DNA of 64,000 bases, taken from Bacteroidaceae bacterium (GTDB lineage Bacteria > Bacteroidota > Bacteroidia > Bacteroidales > Bacteroidaceae). Under the pieces are notes generated by a model. It was not told the DNA's origin and did no database searches. It saw only the letters and a list, made by a program, of their open reading frames with translations. Positions 57,307-64,000 of this stretch are shown in pieces (within the stretch, counting starts at the first letter, position 1; every line of letters begins with the position of its first letter). The translations under genes were made by a program, and so were the position numbers. Location: the NCBI GenBank assembly GCA_045645225.1, contig JAZRII010000010.1, forward strand, positions 19,392 to 83,391, in the 5' to 3' direction.

Positions 57307-57356
57307 CCGCTCACCGTTCACCGTTCACCGTTCACCGTTCACCTTCCACCTTCCCC
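57307..57356 (+). repeat. CCGTTCACC-word stutter
   Basis: ccgctcaccgttcaccgttcaccgttcaccgttcaccttccaccttccccc, directly 3' of the 1265-aa gene. Confidence 0.85.
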
Positions 57357-57361
57357 CAGCA

Positions 57362-60300
57362 CTACTTTGAAGCACGCACTATGTCGGCACCTCTGTAGTA
57401 GAACCTCAGTATGTCCTGGTAGGGATGCCCCTGCTGTCCCATTACGGCAGCTCCTATCTGGCACATGCCCACACCATGTCCCCAGCCCTTGCCGTTCAGT
57501 GTGAAACCGGCAGGTGTCTGCTCGCCGTCCTCGTAATATGGAGTTGCCTCAAAGGCGCTGGACATCAGGTGCGTCTCGCTCAGTGCACGCCTTATCTCCA
57601 GTTCCTTGCCTATTGTCATGGTGTGCTCTGTTCCCACAATCTTCAGTTTGCTCAGGTGGCCGCCGGGACCACGCTCCACGGGTACCAGTTCCTGCACCTT
57701 GCCGAAGTCCATGCCGTACCTTTCTTTCAGCAGGCTGCATATTTCTTCCTGGCAGAGTTTCACCTCCCAGTTGTAGAAGTCGGTTGTCTCCTGGTCGTAT
57801 GAGTTCAGTACGCGTGCCAGCAGTTCCCGGTCGTTGGTGTTGCAATAGGGGTCTTCTATGCTCTGCAGGTAAGGCTTGTGTATGTTCTCCCATGCATACT
57901 GGAACTCCTCTGTCCTGCCGCCGCAGCACTTGGAGAAGCGTGCGTCGCATATCTCGCCTTCGTGCATCAGCACCTGGCCACGTGTGGACGACACAGCCTC
58001 TCTGGCCTGTGCGTTGGTGGCGCGTGTTATGCCCTGGTATCTCTGGCAGTGGTCGTCGGCACACACGTCAAAGATGGTATGGTCCTCGCGGTCGTGCCAG
58101 CGCACAATCTCCTTGTCGGTCTTTGTGAAGGCAAAGAAGGCCTGGTGCTTCTCTCCCAATGACTTTCGCTTCTGTATCTGCGCCAGCAGCCAGCTTCTGC
58201 TTATCACGGCAGCAGCTTTCAGGAATTCCATCGGGCAGTCGGCATTCATCTCGCTGGATATTACGCTTGTCAGGTAGTCCTCCACCGACAGCACGTTTAT
58301 TGCCACTATCTTGTCCTCATGTACCACCAGCCGCAGTGTGCCCTGGAAGGTCTGCGACTCCTGGCGTTCCCAGTGGAACTGTATGCCTATGGTCACGTTG
58401 TGCAGGGTGAAGCAGGGTTCTGCGCCCTCCTCGCTTGCTGCAGGACGGAAGGTAAGGTTGCGGTACAGCTGTCCGTTCCAGCGTATGGATCCGTCTTCCA
58501 GCACCACCTCCTGCTCTCCGCTTATGGTCTGTCCCTTGGCGGTGTATTCCCCGTTTATGCAGAAGTTCAGTTTCGTGTCGCTCATCACGCCCACGGCAAC
58601 TTCCGACTCTTCCTCCATTTCATATCCGGGCAGCGCTTCTTCGCTTGGTGCCGATTCTTCCTCCAGTTTCTTTTCTTCCTCCTTTGGAGCGTCGGTCAGT
58701 TCCTCTATGATGGGCAGAATCTCCTCTTCGGTCATGGTCACCTCCTTCAGTATCTCGGCAAACCACTCCGGTGTCACCTTGCGGAAATCCTCCTCGCGCG
58801 GAGTTATCAGCAATCCGCCCATGTCCAGTGCACCAGGCGATACCACCAGCTTGCCCTCGCCTTCAGCATAGTAGCAGTCGGGACGATGCTTCTTTCTGGG
58901 GAATATCAGCGTCACTATCTCGTCTTCTCTGCCAATGCCGCCTTCCTGGCGCCACGATATGAGGTTTATTCTCGGTTCGCTCTCCTCGCCTATGATGGGC
59001 AGGGCCTGGTACAGTCTCTGGCACAGTATGCTGTCAGTCTCGGCAGGCAGACTTCGTATCACGAACACCGGGCATGCATATCCCTCCAGCAGGAACAGAC
59101 CGCAGGTGTCGCTCGTGTTGCCAGCCTCGTGCATGGACACGGCCTGTGCTCCGGTCAGCGGATATATCTTGCGCAGGTAGTTTTCGTATATCTTCCAGTC
59201 GCGCTCTATGGGCACTATTCCTCTCTGTCCGGCCTGCAGGTGCATGTGGTCGGGGCACGAAGCTCCGCACATGGGACCGTTGTAGAACACTATCTGTCCC
59301 GGCATGGTCCATGCCATGTGGCGCATGGTGCCGAAGTGCGTCCATATTGACTGCGGTGTGTGCCGTCTTGATGGGATGGTAAAGTGCTGTGGCAGGATGG
59401 GGTAGGGGTTCACCAGTATCTGGTAGTGCTTCTCCATCTTCAGCGCATGCTGCTCCTTGGGACGGTTGTGGTCGCACAGGAAGCAGGGACGCTCCTTTAT
59501 GTCCTTTGCTTCAATGCTTGCACCTGTGGATACTATGCGTGCGGGGTTCCACTGCACTGCCAGCGTGTTCTCCGCCAGCCCTCGCTTGCCGTCTCCCTCT
59601 CCCTCCGGTGCAAGGATGGTCAGTTCGCGTGTCTGCACCTTGCTCAGGTCTTCATAGCTCTTGCGTGCAAACTCCCAGTTCTCCAGCTCGCTCTGGAAAA
59701 ACTCCTCCACCTCCTCGGCATTCACCTCATGCTGCCACAGTGCGTTCAGCAGGCATCGTGCCTGTATCTCCTGTGTGCGGAGCTGGTCCTTGTACTGGTT
59801 GTTGCGGTTTATCTTTTCCTGGCTCAGGGCAGCATCGCTGTTGCCCTCCCAGCGCCGGCACAGATACAGTTCGTCGTATATGCGGCCTATGCGGTATCTG
59901 CGGCTTATCATCAGTCCCAGGGCATAGTCTTCGCCATAACTGGTGTTCGGTATCTGCAATTCTCTCAGCACAGGGGTGTAGAAGGCGCGTGGCGCTCCCA
60001 GTCCGTTTATTCTCAATGCATTGTTCCTGCCGTTCTGCGGAGTCCATTCCCTGTGGTCTATTAGTCCCGGTGGCAGGGTCTCCAGCTGGAAGTTGCACAT
60101 TCTGTAGCTGCCTATCACCATGGCGGCATTCTCTTCCATGAACATGTCCACCATCCTTTGCAGGGTGTCCGCGCCGCTATACAGGTCATCGCTGTCCAGC
60201 TGCACCACAAAGCGTCCCACCCTCTCGTCGTGCACTGCCATGTTCCAGCAGCCGCCTATGCCCAGGTCGTCGCGCTCAGGCACTATGTGTATCACTCTCG

Positions 60301-61159
60301 GGTCGTGGGTGTACTTCTCTATAATCTCCGATGTGCCGTCTGTGGAACCGTTGTCCACCACCATCAGGTTGTACTCGAAGGTGGTTTTCTGCATCAGCAC
60401 GCTCTCTATGGCGTCGGCGATGGTGCGTGCACGGTTGCGCACCGGTATCACCACTGTGGCCTCCACGTGGAACTGCTCACTGTCCTCAAACTTTATGGTG
60501 TCAAACTCACCGGCATGCAAGTAGGCATTTATGGCTCTGAGGTGCCTGGTGCATGCCCTTTCCAGTTCCACCTGTCGGGCACGGTTCTTGGGGTCTACAT
60601 AGTCGAACTGCTTCTCTCCCGACAGGCGTGTGTCTGTCTCCACCTCTGTGTAGAGAAACTCCTGCACGTGTACCGGCAGCTTTTCTCTGGACAGGAACAG
60701 GCGCAGGTCGTACAGGGCGGCAAACTGATATCGGTGCAGGTTCTCCTGCGCGGTGTAGCGCTTCAGTCCCTCTGTGCTTATCAGCAGCAGGCTGCCCATC
60801 TGGAAGTCGTCCCTCACGCTGCCCATCTGGTAGTCAATCAGCGGCATGGCCTGGCGCTCTCCCGTTGGAAGTGCTATGTGGTGGTCGGCATACAGCATCA
60901 GTGCACCGTGGTCGCTGGCAATGGTGAGCATGCGGTCCAGCGCATGGTAGCCCAGTTGCAGGGTGTCGTATTTGGTATAGAGCAGTACGTAAGGTGCTGT
61001 TGCCGTTTCGGCAATGTATTTTATCGTCTTGCTGCTACCTATGCTTTCCGTCAGGTGGTATATGTTGGCAACATTGCTGTCGCTCCTCAGCGCATTTTCC
61101 GTAGCTTGCCCCTGTTGCTCGTCGCTCCAGGCAATAAAGCAGTCTATATAGGTCTTCAT
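57362..61159 (-). CDS. 1265-aa fusion: unassigned N-domain + family-2 glycosyltransferase + HxHxQ HIT-superfamily (GalT/Ap4A-phosphorylase-like) domain + SpoIID/LytB-like domain
   Basis: GT2: [27 protein letters not shown] (about 59840-60463). HIT-like: HMHLQ at 59234-59248. Acidic linker. SpoIID-like: [31 protein letters not shown] (about 57365-58582). No signal peptide or TM segment seen. Confidence 0.85.
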   Translation of the reverse strand: MKTYIDCFIAWSDEQQGQATENALRSDSNVANIYHLTESIGSSKTIKYIAETATAPYVLLYTKYDTLQLGYHALDRMLTIASDHGALMLYADHHIALPTGERQAMPLIDYQMGSVRDDFQMGSLLLISTEGLKRYTAQENLHRYQFAALYDLRLFLSREKLPVHVQEFLYTEVETDTRLSGEKQFDYVDPKNRARQVELERACTRHLRAINAYLHAGEFDTIKFEDSEQFHVEATVVIPVRNRARTIADAIESVLMQKTTFEYNLMVVDNGSTDGTSEIIEKYTHDPRVIHIVPERDDLGIGGCWNMAVHDERVGRFVVQLDSDDLYSGADTLQRMVDMFMEENAAMVIGSYRMCNFQLETLPPGLIDHREWTPQNGRNNALRINGLGAPRAFYTPVLRELQIPNTSYGEDYALGLMISRRYRIGRIYDELYLCRRWEGNSDAALSQEKINRNNQYKDQLRTQEIQARCLLNALWQHEVNAEEVEEFFQSELENWEFARKSYEDLSKVQTRELTILAPEGEGDGKRGLAENTLAVQWNPARIVSTGASIEAKDIKERPCFLCDHNRPKEQHALKMEKHYQILVNPYPILPQHFTIPSRRHTPQSIWTHFGTMRHMAWTMPGQIVFYNGPMCGASCPDHMHLQAGQRGIVPIERDWKIYENYLRKIYPLTGAQAVSMHEAGNTSDTCGLFLLEGYACPVFVIRSLPAETDSILCQRLYQALPIIGEESEPRINLISWRQEGGIGREDEIVTLIFPRKKHRPDCYYAEGEGKLVVSPGALDMGGLLITPREEDFRKVTPEWFAEILKEVTMTEEEILPIIEELTDAPKEEEKKLEEESAPSEEALPGYEMEEESEVAVGVMSDTKLNFCINGEYTAKGQTISGEQEVVLEDGSIRWNGQLYRNLTFRPAASEEGAEPCFTLHNVTIGIQFHWERQESQTFQGTLRLVVHEDKIVAINVLSVEDYLTSVISSEMNADCPMEFLKAAAVISRSWLLAQIQKRKSLGEKHQAFFAFTKTDKEIVRWHDREDHTIFDVCADDHCQRYQGITRATNAQAREAVSSTRGQVLMHEGEICDARFSKCCGGRTEEFQYAWENIHKPYLQSIEDPYCNTNDRELLARVLNSYDQETTDFYNWEVKLCQEEICSLLKERYGMDFGKVQELVPVERGPGGHLSKLKIVGTEHTMTIGKELEIRRALSETHLMSSAFEATPYYEDGEQTPAGFTLNGKGWGHGVGMCQIGAAVMGQQGHPYQDILRFYYRGADIVRASK

Positions 61160-61178
61160 ATTTGTGTGTAGTTTTGTG

Positions 61179-61186
61179 CAAATATA
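61179..61186 (-). promoter_or_regulatory. -7 box TATATTTG (minus strand)
   Basis: Plus strand CAAATATA, 20 nt upstream of ATG 61159. Confidence 0.5.
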
Positions 61187-61322
61187 ACAAATTTTACGGA
61201 GTTATAGAACACTCTCTCGCTAATATTTTAATCCAGATCGCTTCATTGTGTCCGATAACGATGACTAATATTAAACGAAAACCTCTCACCTTTAACCCTT
61301 AACCTTTAATCGTTTAAAATTT

Positions 61323-61717
61323 CACGCAGAATCCGCAGAAATCGCAGAGAAGTTGAATGCTTAGAGTTTTTTATGCTGTTATTAGTAAGAACTGCTCAAA
61401 TGCATTTGGCATTTCTTCCTAATACCATCATCAGGACTTCGTCCTTCACAGCGTTGCTGAAAACTCTAACCATTCAGCGCAACACCCCGCATGGTAACTG
61501 CCCCCCTGAGACAGGGGCGACGAGCGAAGCGGAGGGGGTGGATAATTAACCCGCTCACCGCTCACCTCTAACCGCTAATCGCTCCCCTCTCCCCCGCGCC
61601 AGCCGTCGCAGGGCATGCCCGAGCGACAAAGTCTGCGTATTCAAAAAACATTACTTGTATAAGACTTCAAATAATTGAGGTATAGGTACTTCTGCGTTAG
61701 TCTGCGAATTCTGCGTG
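61323..61717. repeat. Segment bounded by ~26-nt imperfect inverted repeats with core copy d at its centre
   Basis: CACGCAGAATCCGCAGAAATCGCAGA (61323-61348) vs the reverse complement of TCTGCGTTAGTCTGCGAATTCTGCGTG (61691-61717). An identical 19-nt direct repeat CCTTTAACCCTTAACCTTT lies outside, at 61289-61307 and 61778-61796. Confidence 0.75.
61499..61544 (+). repeat. Core repeat copy d
   Basis: TGCCCCCCTGAGACAGGGGCGACGAGCGAAGCGGAGGGGGTGGATA, TAACTG prefix; 150 nt from the left and 146 nt from the right inverted repeat. Confidence 0.9.
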
Positions 61718-61848
61718 CCAATAAATTCCTTTTGCTTCACACATACCGCTTTAGTTTGATGAACTTAAGTGAATAACCCTTTAACCCTTAACCTTTCTCC
61801 TTTCCCCTCTCCCCCGTTCCGTGTGAGACAACTTATCGAATATTTTTG

Positions 61849-61856
61849 TATCTTTG
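61849..61856 (+). promoter_or_regulatory. -7 box TATCTTTG 4 nt before ATG 61861 (leaderless arrangement)
   Basis: tatctttg-cacc-ATG. Confidence 0.5.
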
Positions 61857-61860
61857 CACC

Positions 61861-62739
61861 ATGAAACTGCACATATTCAATCCGGAGAACGATATGGCTC
61901 TGGCCAGCGGTTCGCCAGGCTACACACCACCGGCCAATATACGTGCCTATCGTCGCCAGCATTGGGAACTGCCCCGCCAGTGGGCTGCTCCCGACGATAT
62001 CGTCTGGGATGGCGAGGAGAATCTGGCGCGCCTTTTCAAGGATGTGGCTGTAGCGCCCGAGATTTGTCCTTGGGGATGGTCGCCGGCTTTGGTGCACGAA
62101 CTTGAACTTGCCGGAGTGCCGCGCCACTTCATGCCCGACAGGGAGCATTTGGAGAAACTTCGCCTTCTCTCCAGCCGCTGTAGTACGGTGCAGGTGCAGT
62201 GTGCTCTTGGCCTTGACGCAGCATGTTGCCGTAGTCTCGCCGATGTATTGGCATGTCTCTCGCAGTGGAACGATGTTATCATGAAGTCGCCATGGAGTAG
62301 CAGCGGTAAAGGGCTGATGCAGACCGACAATCCCAATTGGCAGGGATGGGTGGCCCGCGTCCTTCGTCAGCAGGGATGTGTTGTTGTGGAGCGGCTTTTG
62401 GAAAGGAAGCAGGACTTTGCCATGGAATTCTGGATGAATGGTGGCAGGGCTGAATACTTGGGTCTGAATGTTTTCCTCACCGATGCCCATGGGCATTTTG
62501 TGGAAAACATAGTGGGTACTGAGCAGGAAAAAGAGTCGTTTGTCTCTTCTTTGCTGACTGATCCCCAGTCTCTTGTCGGCATTCGCCAATGGTATCTGGA
62601 GCATCTGCCTCAGATAGCTCCATGGTATGAAGGTCCTGTAGGAGTTGATATGCTTGTCACGTCCGATGGCAGTCTCCATCCCTGCATAGAAATAAACTGG
62701 CGCATGACCATGGGCATGGCCACGGTCTTGAAACGTTGA
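61861..62739 (+). CDS. ATP-grasp-like protein (tentative), function unknown
   Basis: Track start at 61846 is TTG and overlaps the promoter box; ATG 61861 gives MKLHIFNPENDMALA. KSPWSSSGKG loop and CIEINWRMTMG (E-x-N) resemble ATP-grasp nucleotide/Mg sites. Confidence 0.65.
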   Translation: MKLHIFNPENDMALASGSPGYTPPANIRAYRRQHWELPRQWAAPDDIVWDGEENLARLFKDVAVAPEICPWGWSPALVHELELAGVPRHFMPDREHLEKLRLLSSRCSTVQVQCALGLDAACCRSLADVLACLSQWNDVIMKSPWSSSGKGLMQTDNPNWQGWVARVLRQQGCVVVERLLERKQDFAMEFWMNGGRAEYLGLNVFLTDAHGHFVENIVGTEQEKESFVSSLLTDPQSLVGIRQWYLEHLPQIAPWYEGPVGVDMLVTSDGSLHPCIEINWRMTMGMATVLKR

Positions 62740-62744
62740 AAGTT

Positions 62745-62973
62745 TAGGGTTTGGAGTTTAGTGGGGCGCTACGCTTTTGTTTAGGGTTTAGTGGGGCGCT
62801 GCGCTTTTGTTTAGTGAGACGCTGCGCTCTTGTTTAGAGTTTAGTGGGGCGCTGCGCTTTTGTTTAGTGAGGTCGCGTTGCTCCTGTTTAGTGTTTAGTG
62901 GTGCGCTGCGCTTTGGTTTAGTGTGGCGCTGACGCTTTTGTTTAGTGTGGCGCTGCGCTTTGGTTTAGAGAAC
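62745..62973 (+). repeat. Array of about eight 23-31-nt units, paralogous to 56901-57095
   Basis: GTTTAG(G/T/A)G..GGCGCTNCGCTTTT units, including the shared variant GTTTAGTGAGGTCGCGTTGCTCCT; ends GTTTAGAGAACTG and abuts core copy e. Confidence 0.85.
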
Positions 62974-63019
62974 TGTCCCCCTGAGACAGGGTGGACGAGC
63001 GCAGCGGAGGGGGTGGATA
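62974..63019 (+). repeat. Core repeat copy e
   Basis: TGTCCCCCTGAGACAGGGTGGACGAGCGCAGCGGAGGGGGTGGATA, followed by CGTCCTCG stutter. Confidence 0.9.
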
Positions 63020-63252
63020 GTCTTCGTCCTCGTCCTCGTCCTCGTTTAAATTATACCGCACACAGAAAGGCACAGAAAGGCACAGATTTTCTCTGATTTT
63101 AATTAATCAACGGATTAAACGCGATTAAACAGAAAGTCTGTCTTAGAGATTTTTATGGTGCGATGCACCGCAGGGACTATGTCCCTTGATTAGTTCTCTT
63201 AGGAAGAAAACAAACGAGTTTGCTTTATTCCAAAGATAACGAATCTGTCAAA

Positions 63253-63345
63253 ATCTCTAATCCTCCGTGCCTCCGTGCTCTCCGTTGATAATATAATTAC
63301 TATCACCCCGCATGGCGCACCGTGCAACTGGTGCAATTCCGTGGA
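63253..63345 (+). repeat. Conserved island copy 1 with hairpin GCACC-GTGCAACT-GGTGC
   Basis: ATCTCTAATCCTCCGTGCCTCCGTGCTCTCCGTTGATAATATAATTACTATCACCCCGCATGGCGCACCGTGCAACTGGTGCA. Confidence 0.8.
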
Positions 63346-63710
63346 TTCCAGCGCCAGCGTGATTAGTGTTGATAGGACAGGTAATTCTGTGATTTCTGTA
63401 CAGTCTGCGTGAGATAAAAAAGATAAGAGCGATTTTTTTTGCACGCAAAGAGCGCAAAGAGCGCAAAGTTTTATTCCCTTTGGTGTTTCACGCTGGCGCT
63501 GGAGGGGTCGCAAACTTCGTTACGACAAGAGAGCGCAAAGCAGTTTGTGTGAGATTAAATTATCAACGGATTAAACTGATTTAAACGGCAAATTCGTGTA
63601 CAGATTAGATTCCAGCAACATTTTGTTGCCGAGACATCCGTCTCCAGTATGCTATTCTTAAGACAAAGATAAATTCATTTATATTTCTCTGTAGAACAGC
63701 ATACCCCAGA

Positions 63711-63803
63711 ATCTAATCCTCCGTGCTTCCGTGCTCTCCGTTGATAATATAATTACTATCACCCCGCATGGCAGCGCCGTGCAACTGGCGCACTTCTGCG
63801 GAT
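63711..63803 (+). repeat. Conserved island copy 2 with hairpin GCGCC-GTGCAACT-GGCGC
   Basis: Near-identical to 63253-63345; the stem differs by a paired A>G / T>C change. Confidence 0.8.
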
Positions 63804-64000
63804 TAAACCTGTTCTGTTATGGTAATTATGGCATTGATAAAGATTTAGCGTATTCTGCGCGGTCTGCGTGAGAGAATTGATATGCATCCTGTTGCTGATA
63901 AAGCTTATTTCACGCAAAATTCGCAGAACACGCAGACTTTGCCTTAAGAACAATTCCATATACAGATTACGCTGTCGCTGGAATCCGCAGACTTTGTCGC

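Larger units (their letters stand above)
63095..64000 (+). repeat. Diverged tandem duplication, about 455-nt period (runs to window edge)
   Basis: Anchors recur at matching offsets: ATCAACGGATTAAAC (63107 / 63559 regions) and the 90-nt island (63253 / 63711). CGCAGA, AGCGCAAAG and AAAGGCACAG word stutters. Confidence 0.7.

Noticed and set aside
61323-61717. Invertible promoter (inverton) between the divergent fusion and ATP-grasp-like genes
   Set aside because: The inverted repeats are present, but I find no TAnnTTTG on either strand inside the segment. Both flanking genes have fixed promoter boxes outside it, and no recombinase gene is nearby.
63484-63492. parS-like half site TGTTTCACG
   Set aside because: Only one half of the 16-nt palindrome matches. 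The other half (CTGGCGC) does not, and the site lies 24 kb from parAB.
63199-63513. 104-aa minus-strand ORF in the terminal repeat region
   Set aside because: It is a translation of AGCGCAAAG-type stutters (CALCALC) and the conserved island. There is no start context, and the equivalent position in the second duplication unit is not open.

Overview
The window reads as a chromosomal segment of a Bacteroidales genome, probably Prevotellaceae-like. That placement is an inference from three things: TAnnTTTG -7 promoter boxes in front of many genes, a T9SS-type C-terminal sorting tail, and the uppS-bamA-skp-skp-skp-murI and surE/lpxB/parAB neighbourhoods.

I can support about 49 protein genes. Nearly all are housekeeping: nhaA, murI, bamA, uppS, ribD, prmC, recX, pyrE, argH, rnhB, trxB, rsgA, frr, lpxB, surE, parA, parB, a RelA/SpoT homologue, alaS, rsmD and aroB. 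There is one tRNA-Lys(TTT). I see no rRNA, CRISPR array, transposase, integrase, reverse transcriptase or recognisable defence genes.

The ORF track prints M for alternative start codons (TTG/GTG). I trimmed several N-termini using in-frame ATGs and promoter-box positions.

The unusual content is mostly non-coding:
- A modular intergenic repeat family is built around a conserved ~46-nt C5/G5 core. Five intact copies are present, all on the + strand, embedded in locus-specific stuttered short-period repeats.
- Two paralogous arrays of 23-31-nt units plus the core sit as direct repeats on either side of a divergent gene pair. That pair is a 1265-aa GT2 / HxHxQ-HIT-like / SpoIID-like fusion with no signal peptide, and a leaderless ATP-grasp-like gene.
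- At least 1.26 kb at the right edge has no credible ORF. It holds a diverged ~455-bp tandem duplication with conserved islands and one compensatory stem change.
- A 77-78-bp tandem repeat between ribD and prmC carries promoter boxes.
- A ~300-bp element with inverted-repeat ends lies inside a probable frr-rsgA-trxB operon.

On the coding side, the accessory-looking items are a compositionally mosaic T9SS cargo gene next to tRNA-Lys, a Ser-type sulfatase with its radical-SAM maturase 18 kb away, and a 750-aa EF-hand membrane protein of unknown function.

None of these can be shown to be novel without database searches, so interest scores are deliberately moderate.
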